Source: Candidatus Peregrinibacteria bacterium HGW-Peregrinibacteria-1 (lineage in GTDB: Bacteria; Patescibacteriota; Gracilibacteria; UBA1369; LOWO2-01-FULL-3). Taken from it: 64,000 nucleotides of DNA. Position numbers and translations under genes: made by a program. The notes beneath the pieces are model-generated. The model had not been told where the DNA came from. It ran no database searches and saw only the letters and a list, made by a program, of their open reading frames with translations. Positions 20,201-27,555 of this stretch are shown one piece after another; position 1 is the first letter of the stretch; each line of letters begins with the position of its first letter. The stretch is from contig PGYE01000001.1 in assembly GCA_002839505.1 (NCBI GenBank), forward strand, positions 230,459-294,458. Direction: 5' to 3'.

Positions 20201-20881
20201 TTCACTCTAAGCTATGTACCAATGCCATCAAGCGGAGGTAGTGGCTTGTTATCTTTACCACAGACCCAGACCTCAACCTCCTCACAAACCTCTCAAGAGT
20301 CTGCAACCGGCGAAACAACAGCCTCCCCTAGTGAAAGCGAAAGTGGCTTTAGTGACATGGGCGGACACTGGGCTGACGAATATGTCGTGAAACTTCAAGG
20401 AACAGGAGTAGTTGAAGGCTACCAAGACGGTAGTTTCAAGCCTGATGACTTCGTAACCCGTGCTGAGTTATTGAAAATGGTAGTCGAAGCCTTCGATATT
20501 GAAGAAGCCGACAGTTCAGACTATCCATTCACCGACATCGATTCCAGCGACTGGTTTAATTACTACGTCACGACCGCATATATGAAGGGTTTCATCAATG
20601 GCTACCCTGACCTGACATTCCGTCCATACGCCGAGATGAACCGCGCTGAAGCCCTTGCTATGATCTTGAAGGCATCTGAACTCAACATCGTCACTCAAGA
20701 TCTCGTGACAATGTTCCCCGACACACTCTCTACAGATTGGTATTTTGACTACATCATGTTTGCCGCAGAACATGAAATAGTTCATGGATACGAAGACGGA
20801 AACTTCGGACCACATGACAGAATAACACGAGGCCAAGCTGCCAAGATGATAGTGGTGGTGATGGACATACTGGGAAGATAA
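17288..20881 (+). CDS. Secreted giant surface protein: NHL-type beta-propeller repeats, FN3, 3 C-terminal SLH-type repeats
   Basis: The ORF track starts at TTG 17219. ATG 17288 gives a signal peptide, MKNAKLYLVALVLALAPLF. At least 12 repeats of ...GLAYDxxNxRLFVxxxxxxRVxVYDVxxITNGExAxxVLGQxDF... The C-terminal module is paralogous to that of the 11562 gene. Confidence 0.85.
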   Translation: MKNAKLYLVALVLALAPLFPITSNAILVDGSNAVDMLGFYDDNLENPSPAWDKVDPNVRNGGTNRLGISISTSQAALDSVNNRYFLLDNGNNRVLVYNLNPDNTFPDKIPDNVIGQPNFYTNTSAVTQSGLNSPSGLAYDAINNRLFVSAGYGMAGGASRVMVYDVSTIENGQDAIAVLGQANFTSTDSAVTISGLHGPRGLAYDAVNERLFVAQQQGHRVSIFDVSEITNGEPAVNVLGQVDFTSSTGATTAAGLSNPLGLAYDSGKGLLFVSQHGFGGASGPAANRVSVFDVNVIANGEAAANVLGQTLFTTGTGAVTQAGMSGPRGIAHDPVRDYLFVSNSSRVTVYDVAAITNGENAIAVLGQADFTSSTGGSTQTGLYGPSGLVYDTENDHLLVLDDSNNRVMIFDVATIDNGEPAVDLIGQYGDDLLNPEPVYTKSGANNAPGKLGFNIDPYYSSVVLDDVNHRFFVTDTQNHRVLVYDLNEDSTFPDRIPDYVLGQPNFYSNTAALTQEGMTYPRGLAYDSDNNRLFVSESTGANRVKVYDVAEITNGEAAINVLGQADFVSGVDAVTQDGMHSPMGLAYDATNQRLFVAQDEASRVTVYDVAAITNGEAAINVLGQADFETVDNTTAINRMRAPKGLAYDAESDLLFVTQASKHRVTVYDVAEITNGEDAIAVLGQPDFTSADALTTQDGMYAPEGIAYDPDNKRLFVAQTGFGGIRITAYNVAEITNGEAAINVLGQADYVSGDDSSTQSGLRYPTGLAYDATNNRLYVNDSGNHRVVAFDVAVANSPTEVAAQANGPNAAKLTWDANENLEETEYQVYNTSTSEVVATTTNTSAVVAGLTPSTEYTFTVRAISLADGESYVESEEVSVTTAALSTSITMTLAIGESAGFSFAGVGEAHTVAIDDIDDSTPEAPIAEMTITSEPVTVNLGVGSSETIDTNGDGHSETTVLINSVDTGSNEVNFTLSYVPMPSSGGSGLLSLPQTQTSTSSQTSQESATGETTASPSESESGFSDMGGHWADEYVVKLQGTGVVEGYQDGSFKPDDFVTRAELLKMVVEAFDIEEADSSDYPFTDIDSSDWFNYYVTTAYMKGFINGYPDLTFRPYAEMNRAEALAMILKASELNIVTQDLVTMFPDTLSTDWYFDYIMFAAEHEIVHGYEDGNFGPHDRITRGQAAKMIVVVMDILGR

Positions 20882-20891
20882 TATAAGAAAC

Positions 20892-20932
20892 TTGACACCG
20901 ACAAATTAGCACTCTAAAATACAGAGTGCTAA
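20892..20932 (+). promoter_or_regulatory. Consensus sigma70 promoter overlapped by a perfect CIRCE (HrcA) operator, upstream of clpB
   Basis: TTGACA (20892-20897), 17 nt, TAAAAT (20915-20920). TTAGCACTC-N9-GAGTGCTAA at 20906-20932 exactly matches the CIRCE consensus. Confidence 0.88.
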
Positions 20933-20951
20933 TTTTTTAAGTAAAATTACC

Positions 20952-23522
20952 ATGTTTCAAGTACCCCACAATTTCACGACCAAGGCTCAAGAACTAATTA
21001 ATAAAGCCGTCGTTCTTGCTGGTAATCGCCAACATCAGCAGATCGATCTCTCACATCTCTTCCATGAGATGCTCATTCAAGATGACACACTAATAAAGCC
21101 CCTTTTCCAGCAATTACAGACACCAATCGACCAAATCACCAAAGATTTCACCGACATATTAGAAGCTCTCCCCCAAGTTTCAGGCACCACCTCTCAATAC
21201 CCCTCCGAAGAATTAAAACAACTACTCACTCAAAGCTCCAAAGAATCACAATCCCTCGGCGACGAATACATCTCTGTCGAACACCTCCTTCTGGCCGCAC
21301 TCACCTCAAAAAACAGCGCCTCCAAAGTCTTTGAAAAATACGGACTAAAAAAGGAAGCGCTTCTTCAAATAATAAAAACATTACGCAACGACGAAACCGT
21401 CAGCGACCCCGATCCTGAAAGCAAATACCAAGCCCTCGAGAAATACACTCAGGACTTTACCGCGCTGGCAGCCTCCGGAAAAATAGATCCCGTAGTCGGG
21501 CGAAATGAAGAAATACGGCGTCTGATGCAAATCCTCGCCCGCCGCACCAAAAACAACCCCGTCCTCATCGGAGAACCAGGAACCGGAAAAACCGCCATCG
21601 TCGAAGGCCTCGCCAATCGTATTATCGCCGGCGATGTCCCCGAAACCCTCAAAAACAAAAAGCTCCTCTCCCTCGACCTAGGGGCCATGATCGCCGGAAC
21701 CAAATACCGCGGCGAATTTGAAGAACGCCTCAAAACCGTATTAAAACAAATCAAAAAAGCCGCCGGCAGTATAATATTATTCATCGACGAGCTCCACACC
21801 ATTGTCGGTGCCGGCGCTGCCGAAGGACAAATGGATGTATCAAACATGCTCAAGCCCGCCCTCGCCCGCGGTGAAATTCACATGATCGGTGCCACAACCC
21901 TCAAAGAATACCAGAAATACATTGAGAAAGATGCCGCCCTCGAACGCCGCTTTCAACCCATTGCCGTACAAGAACCAACCGTCGAACAAACCATCACAAT
22001 TCTCCGCGGAATCAAAGAAAAATACGAACTCTACCACGGAGTCCAAATCCTCGACGACGCCATCATCTCCGCCGCCACACTCTCCGACCGCTACATCACC
22101 GACCGTTTTCTGCCCGACAAAGCCGTCGACCTCATCGACGAAGCCACCGCCGTCCTCAAAATCGACCTGGAAAGCTCCCCGGGAGAAATTGACGAACTGG
22201 AGCGCCAAATCATGCAGCTTGAAATCGAAAAACAAGCCCTCAAAAAAGAAAAAACCGCATCTGCAAAAGTTGAAAAACTCGAACAAGACATCAACGAAAA
22301 AAAGGAGAAACTCAATCGCCTCAAAATAGTCTGGCAAAATGAAAAAGACCTTATCAATCAAATCCAAGATGCCAAAACCAAAATTGACGAGCTCAACATC
22401 CAAGCCAAAAACTTCGAACGCGAAGGCAACTTCGAAAAAATCGCCGAAATTCAATACGCTCGCATCCCCGAACTTCAAAAGAAAATCACCGAGCTTGAAG
22501 ACAAGCTCAAAAGCACCGACGACAGCGAACGAATGCTCAAACAACAAGTCACCTCAGAAGACATCGCCCAAGTAGTCAGCAAATGGACTGGCATCCCCGT
22601 AAACCGCCTCAAAACCTCAGAAACCGAACAACTCATCCATCTCGAAGACAACCTCTCCCAGGTCGTCATCGGTCAAGACGAAGCCATAAAAGCCGTCAGC
22701 AATGTCATCAGACGCTCCAAAGCCCAAATATCCGAAGAAAACCGCCCCATCGGATCATTCCTCTTCCTCGGACCCACCGGAGTCGGAAAAACCGAACTCT
22801 CCAAAGCCATTGCCGAATTCCTCTTCAACGATCGCAACGCCCTCATCCGCCTAGACATGAGTGAATACATGGAATCCCACAGTGTCTCAAAAATCATCGG
22901 CTCTCCACCGGGTTATGTCGGCTACGACGAAGGAGGCCAACTCACCGAACGCATCCGCAAACGCCCTTACAGCGTCATCCTCTTCGATGAAGTCGAAAAA
23001 GCCCACCCCCAAGTCTTCAACATCCTGCTTCAAATCCTTGACGAAGGCCACATCACCGACGCCAAAGGCCGCAAAGTAAACTTCAAAAACACCATCATCG
23101 TCCTCACCTCCAACATCGGAAGTCGCGAAATATTGGAATTTAAAGGCGAAAAAAGTGCCCTCGATCTAAAAATCGCCCAACTGCTCAAAGAATTCTTCAA
23201 ACCGGAATTTCTAAACCGCATCGACAACATCATCACCTTCGACAAACTCACCGAAAAACAGATAGTCAAAATCGCTGAAATCCAAGTAAAGCAACTCCAA
23301 AAACGCCTAAAAAAACAACAACTCCACCTCGAAATAACCCCAAACGCACTTCAATACCTCGCCGCCCAAGGATACAACCCCGAATTTGGAGCCCGCCCCC
23401 TCAAAAGACTGATCCAAAATGAAATCGAAAACCCCCTCGCCATCAAAATCCTATCCGGAAAACTCCCTGAAAACTCCAAAATAAAAATCGACGCCAACGA
23501 AAAAGGCCTTCAAATAAACTAA
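20952..23522 (+). CDS. clpB: AAA+ disaggregase ClpB
   Basis: 856 aa. Clp N domain, two Walker A sites ([16 protein letters not shown]), a long coiled-coil middle domain, and GARPLKR near the C-terminus. Confidence 0.96.
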   Translation: MFQVPHNFTTKAQELINKAVVLAGNRQHQQIDLSHLFHEMLIQDDTLIKPLFQQLQTPIDQITKDFTDILEALPQVSGTTSQYPSEELKQLLTQSSKESQSLGDEYISVEHLLLAALTSKNSASKVFEKYGLKKEALLQIIKTLRNDETVSDPDPESKYQALEKYTQDFTALAASGKIDPVVGRNEEIRRLMQILARRTKNNPVLIGEPGTGKTAIVEGLANRIIAGDVPETLKNKKLLSLDLGAMIAGTKYRGEFEERLKTVLKQIKKAAGSIILFIDELHTIVGAGAAEGQMDVSNMLKPALARGEIHMIGATTLKEYQKYIEKDAALERRFQPIAVQEPTVEQTITILRGIKEKYELYHGVQILDDAIISAATLSDRYITDRFLPDKAVDLIDEATAVLKIDLESSPGEIDELERQIMQLEIEKQALKKEKTASAKVEKLEQDINEKKEKLNRLKIVWQNEKDLINQIQDAKTKIDELNIQAKNFEREGNFEKIAEIQYARIPELQKKITELEDKLKSTDDSERMLKQQVTSEDIAQVVSKWTGIPVNRLKTSETEQLIHLEDNLSQVVIGQDEAIKAVSNVIRRSKAQISEENRPIGSFLFLGPTGVGKTELSKAIAEFLFNDRNALIRLDMSEYMESHSVSKIIGSPPGYVGYDEGGQLTERIRKRPYSVILFDEVEKAHPQVFNILLQILDEGHITDAKGRKVNFKNTIIVLTSNIGSREILEFKGEKSALDLKIAQLLKEFFKPEFLNRIDNIITFDKLTEKQIVKIAEIQVKQLQKRLKKQQLHLEITPNALQYLAAQGYNPEFGARPLKRLIQNEIENPLAIKILSGKLPENSKIKIDANEKGLQIN

Positions 23523-23550
23523 GAGACCTCAACAAATTACAGATAATCAT

Positions 23551-23580
23551 AAAAGCCACCCATATTAAAGGGTGGCTTTT
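23551..23580. terminator. Hairpin terminator after clpB (symmetric A/T flanks, potentially bidirectional)
   Basis: aaaagccaccc (23551-23561) pairs with gggtggctttt (23570-23580). Confidence 0.8.
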
Positions 23581-23978
23581 AAACAATCGAAGAAGAAAGA
23601 AGATCAAAAGTCATCAAGACCGGGAGGAAAACTAACCGCTAACAGGTGTAATCAAACGCAACAGACAAGATAGAAACAGGAGATACAAATGCCTTCAAAG
23701 AAGGAAAGAGATCAACAGCTCTTCATGCCGCCCCGACATCGCAATGGGAAACCCAAAGAAATAAATCGGAAAACGCCGACAGAACCTGAACGGGATAAAG
23801 TAATCCCGACCCAAAGGTCAAGAAACTCAAACCGACTTCTTCAGAGATCGACTGAACCGGAACCGAAGTTCAAGATCCAGTCCGCTCGGAAGAAGGAAAT
23901 AATTTTTAAAGAACAACTTAACAACAAACATAGTATAACACAAAAATGACAAAAAACAAAATATATTTTATAAAAACT

Positions 23979-24629
23979 TTAAATCTTCGCCCTCAAATAC
24001 TTAATTTTCTCTCCCAAAGCCGAAAACTTCCCCTCATAATAAGTCTGCACAAGCTTCGCCTCGGCCAAATCCGCCCGATCTTCCGTACTATAAAGATCGT
24101 ACTCCACCACCTCCACCTCAAAATCTTTATCCGCCCCAACCACCTCCACGCCATAATCAAACAGCATCGTATTATCAGTTTTAAAGTGTAATTTTCCACC
24201 TTTTTTTAATAATTTTTTATACATCTCCAAATGTCGCGGCGAAATCAACCTCTTCATCGCCCGACAAGGCTTCGGCTGCGGATCCGGAAAAGTAACCCAA
24301 ATCTCACTAAGCTCCCCTTCCCCAAAAAAATCAAAAACATTCTTAACCATTGTATTGATAAAACTCACATTCTTCCTTTCCTCCGCCAACATCTTCTTCG
24401 CCCCAGGCCAAATTCGCGAACCCTTCATCTCCAACCCCACAAAATTCCTCTCTGGATAAACCTCACTCAACCCGATCACATATTCACCACGCCCACAGCC
24501 CACCTCCAAAACAATATCGTTATCATTCCCAAAAAACTCCTTCCACTTCCCAAAAATAACCGTCGGATCCCGAAACACATTCTCAAAAGTCAGCACCTCC
24601 GCCATTTTAAACAATTTTTTTCTCCTCAT
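23979..24629 (-). CDS. trmB: tRNA (guanine46-N7)-methyltransferase
   Basis: 216 aa. VLEVGCGRGEYVIGLSEVYPERNFVGLE SAM-binding region, FPDPQPK motif, typical TrmB length. Confidence 0.88.
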   Translation of the reverse strand: MRRKKLFKMAEVLTFENVFRDPTVIFGKWKEFFGNDNDIVLEVGCGRGEYVIGLSEVYPERNFVGLEMKGSRIWPGAKKMLAEERKNVSFINTMVKNVFDFFGEGELSEIWVTFPDPQPKPCRAMKRLISPRHLEMYKKLLKKGGKLHFKTDNTMLFDYGVEVVGADKDFEVEVVEYDLYSTEDRADLAEAKLVQTYYEGKFSALGEKIKYLRAKI

Positions 24630-24638
24630 AATAATAAA

Positions 24639-25031
24639 TTAACGATCATCACCATTATTCTTATTAATATACTTCGCCAATTCTCTATCAAATGTTGCCA
24701 AAGGAACAGCTCTTTCTTTACTTTGCAACAATAAAACAGTATCAACAAACGATAGATTGTTTTTCACATCTCTAAAAAACGAAACGGCCTTCGACAGCTG
24801 TATCTCATCAATCTGCTCAATAAAAATTTTCAGATTATTCGTCAGAAAATCCGCACACCTATCCGCCACATCATGACCTTCCCTTATCTTTAGCACCGTC
24901 AAAACCTCAGAGAGTACATAATCAAACAAAAGAAAATCACTACCTGATTTCCAGATTGCAACCGCATCCCCGTGATGTTTTTCATTATTGCGGAACATCG
25001 CAATTATAATTGAACTATCAAGGATAATCAT
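24639..25031 (-). CDS. vapC: PIN-domain toxin (VapC-like)
   Basis: 130 aa. N-terminal MIILDSSIII with the acidic PIN residue. 4-bp ATGA overlap with the upstream small antitoxin-like ORF. Confidence 0.8.
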   Translation of the reverse strand: MIILDSSIIIAMFRNNEKHHGDAVAIWKSGSDFLLFDYVLSEVLTVLKIREGHDVADRCADFLTNNLKIFIEQIDEIQLSKAVSFFRDVKNNLSFVDTVLLLQSKERAVPLATFDRELAKYINKNNGDDR

Positions 25032-25282
25032 ACCTGGTAAATATATTTCTTATAACTTATCGCCAAATCATTCTCCTTTGTATTCTTACTGGAAAACACA
25101 AATTCCTCCAAATCCTTCATGCCATATTTTTTATCACCACTTGAAATATCATCAAAAGGCACGATTTTATACGCTGGTTTAGAATATTTCAAAACTACAT
25201 AAGTGTTGCCATTCTTCATTACATCATCACTCACTTTTTTGAAATTACCATAAATTTCTTTTGTAGAAACAAACTTTTCCAT
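25028..25282 (-). CDS. Antitoxin (Phd/YefM-like) paired with the PIN toxin
   Basis: 84-aa ORF translationally coupled to vapC. The N-terminal ...NFKKVSDDVMKNGNTYVVLKYSKPAYKIVPF... resembles Phd/YefM antitoxin folds. Confidence 0.65.
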   Translation of the reverse strand: MEKFVSTKEIYGNFKKVSDDVMKNGNTYVVLKYSKPAYKIVPFDDISSGDKKYGMKDLEEFVFSSKNTKENDLAISYKKYIYQV

Positions 25283-25353
25283 ATGTGATAGTTTAAATTA
25301 AAGTTGCAACTATATTTTAAACTATCGCCCCAACTTTTACAATCGAATAAACC

Positions 25354-26439
25354 CTACGCCTCCTGTTCCAACAATGCTCTCAAATCGCCGCCCTCCAGAA
25401 AATAATCTGCATACCGCTCAGCATCTTTCCAATTCTCCGCCTTCATCATCAGCTTCCTAAGCTCCCTCGCACCATCAAAACCCTTGCAATACCAGGTCAA
25501 ATGCTTCCGCATATGATGAAAATTCCACCTTCTCTCAATCTCATCAAAATAACGACAATGCTCCACCGCAATTTTCAGCATCTCCGCAACACTTGGCTCT
25601 TTACCATCAAAAAACCACGGCGCCCCAAAAGTCGCCCTCCCTACCAAAACGCCATCCAAATCATATTTTGCCACCTTCTCTCTGGCATCTTCCATCGAAC
25701 TCACATCGCCATTCCCCAAATAGCTCACCCCCGCCTTCCGGCACACCACCCCAGCCCTGGCAATCTCATCCCAATCCGCACTTCCCATATACATCTGTTT
25801 CAAAGTACGACCATGCATCGTAATATTTGCCGGCTCCACTTCCAAAAGATGCTTCACCCACTCCTCCGCAATCGCCACATCATAACCAATTCTCGTCTTC
25901 ACCGAAACCGGCCTTAAAACCCGCGGCACATCTTCCGGCTTCTTCCCTCTTTTTTCCAACATCACCGCAACCTCATTAATAATTCTCGGATGCAAACCCG
26001 CCTCCTCCAAAGTAATCCCATTACTCCAATCCAAAGCCGCCCTCTTACAACTCCTCACAATATCTTTCGCCAAATCCGGAGTCCGAATCAGTCCAGCCCC
26101 CGAACCCCGCTTTGCCACCTTATTTGCCGGACAACCCATATTGATATCAACCCCATCAAACCCCAACGCGCACAGCATCACACTGGCCTTATAAAAAGAA
26201 TCCACCTCCACACCATAAATTTGCCCCACCACTGGGCGCTCAATTTCTGAATAGTCAAAAGCTATCATCATCGTCTTCGCGCCCCTCGCCAAACCCTCCA
26301 CATTCGTAAACTCCGTAATCGACACACTCGGACTACCATACTTCGCAAACATATAACGATACGAAGAATCCGTCACCCCATCCATCGGCGCCAACCCTAT
26401 TATCGGCCTCTTTAATGTCTTCCAAAAATTCATAAACAA
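25354..26439 (-). CDS. dus: tRNA-dihydrouridine synthase
   Basis: 361 aa. LAPMDGVTDSSYR, DINMGCP and TMHGRT motifs of the Dus family. Confidence 0.9.
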   Translation of the reverse strand: MFMNFWKTLKRPIIGLAPMDGVTDSSYRYMFAKYGSPSVSITEFTNVEGLARGAKTMMIAFDYSEIERPVVGQIYGVEVDSFYKASVMLCALGFDGVDINMGCPANKVAKRGSGAGLIRTPDLAKDIVRSCKRAALDWSNGITLEEAGLHPRIINEVAVMLEKRGKKPEDVPRVLRPVSVKTRIGYDVAIAEEWVKHLLEVEPANITMHGRTLKQMYMGSADWDEIARAGVVCRKAGVSYLGNGDVSSMEDAREKVAKYDLDGVLVGRATFGAPWFFDGKEPSVAEMLKIAVEHCRYFDEIERRWNFHHMRKHLTWYCKGFDGARELRKLMMKAENWKDAERYADYFLEGGDLRALLEQEA

Positions 26440-26495
26440 ACATTTATATCGGCGATATTTCTACCAGTAAAAAACAAAAATGGCAACTTGCTGTA

Positions 26496-26773
26496 GTGCA
26501 ATCTTATTCTATTTGGGCGTATCGGAGCCTTTGCGGGCCGGTGCCTTTCACAGGCTAATTAAAATAATCTTCGCCAAATACTTATTTTGCGTCATTGCGA
26601 TTAGGTCAAGTGATCATGTATCACGAGACCTGGGCAAGGCGTACATGTTAGCCGCAGCCCACTTAATCGCTGAGAGCAAAATAAGTATGGCGAAGATTAT
26701 CTAAAAGGCGAGATCTGAGGTGCAATTTCCCGCTGGGGAAATTGACACCGTCCCAAGAAGAATAAGATTGCAC
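26496..26773 (+). ncRNA. Candidate unclassified structured RNA (~278 nt); strand uncertain
   Basis: Nested helices. P1 is 26496-26517 / 26752-26773 (15+6 bp). P2 is 26564-26590 / 26676-26700 (25 bp with an AA bulge). P3 is 26597-26603 / 26664-26670, enclosing two hairpins. There is also a 13-bp hairpin at 26719-26749. One U-G pair (26512/26757) favours the + strand. No convincing ORF. Confidence 0.45.
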
Positions 26774-26850
26774 ACCTCCCTACCTTGACATAAAAAGAAC
26801 TTATCTTTATTTTTCAAAAGCCTAATTATTATCACCTAAAGCATCTACCA

Positions 26851-27444
26851 ATGACCAAAATTTCCCGAGCATCAATAGATGAATTTGACGCTCCCGAGCC
26901 ATTGGATCACTTTGATCAACTCAGCCATCTCACCGAAGGACATGAAAACACCGCCGAACTTACTGACCTTCAACTTATCGGTCTAATTGAAAGCAATTCG
27001 ACAATCCCCACAGCTGCTCGATTATCACAGCAGATTATTAGTGGACTCAAAGAACAATTCCGTCACATAACAATTGTTACTGAACAAAAAAAAGCCGATA
27101 ACCTGACCACAATTAATTTGATTAAAGCTGTTAGCAAAACAAAACACAGTGCCGACCTGCTAGAGCTTTACAGGTCAGAAGACGACTTGATTGCTCAAGA
27201 ACGCCTTCAAGCCGCACAAGCAGCGACAAATCATCAAATATTTCATACTTTCGATGCCGATTCAGAGCCTGCCACCTTTTACTCTCGTGATGCCAAAGAA
27301 GCCGCTCTCAAAGCCCGTCGTATTGATCGAACAGTTACTACTAAACTCCGAGAACTTCATGCTGCAATAAAGAGTTTGGACCATCAAGCTCTACAACAAA
27401 AGCTTCAACTTCTCAGGGGGGCGCGGGAAAGAAACACTCAATAA
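26851..27444 (+). CDS. Hypothetical hydrophilic protein (197 aa)
   Basis: Clean ORF in a gene-sized slot, preceded by TTGACA at 26784-26789. Helical, Gln/Ala/Leu-rich, no recognisable domain. Confidence 0.55.
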   Translation: MTKISRASIDEFDAPEPLDHFDQLSHLTEGHENTAELTDLQLIGLIESNSTIPTAARLSQQIISGLKEQFRHITIVTEQKKADNLTTINLIKAVSKTKHSADLLELYRSEDDLIAQERLQAAQAATNHQIFHTFDADSEPATFYSRDAKEAALKARRIDRTVTTKLRELHAAIKSLDHQALQQKLQLLRGARERNTQ

Positions 27445-27555
27445 AACACTCCGCCGATTAAGATTTTGAATTATCCGCCGAAATATACTAAGCTAAAACT
27501 AGGTTAGTATATTTCCATATACTTCCTCATCTCATTTCTCTTATTAAATCGGTTT

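Noticed and set aside
23618-23800. RNase P RNA-like sequence words on the plus strand: GGGAGGAAAA (compare CR-I GAGGAAAGUCC), GCAACAGACAAG, GGGAAACCC, GACAGAACC (compare CR-IV ACAGAACCCGG)
   Set aside because: The words are in the wrong order and only about 155 nt apart. The would-be P4 strands (AAACUAACCG and GAACCUGAACGG) are not complementary. The plus strand is too U-poor to form the required helices. The matches are most likely chance hits in an A-rich region.
23689-23949. 86-aa basic ORF with an upstream AGGAG
   Set aside because: Its composition is extremely low-complexity (K/R/E/P/N/Q). Other genes in the window lack SD motifs, so the AGGAG is probably fortuitous. It is kept only as a possibility under the finding for this gap.
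26480-26704. 74-aa ORF (MATCCSAILFYLGV...) inside the dus-flanking gap
   Set aside because: It lies entirely within the nested-helix element and has no recognisable features. Its reading frame runs through both strands of long helices, so it is better explained as a by-product of the structured element.
26496-26773. Retron msr-msd, or a MITE, as explanations for the nested inverted repeats
   Set aside because: Retron: the flanking repeats and long internal stem are reminiscent, but no reverse transcriptase gene is adjacent, and the downstream 197-aa ORF lacks any YADD-type motif. MITE: no target-site duplication flanks the outer repeat, and the interior is a branched set of distinct helices rather than one long palindrome. 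Neither explanation can be fully excluded without genome-wide copy counts.
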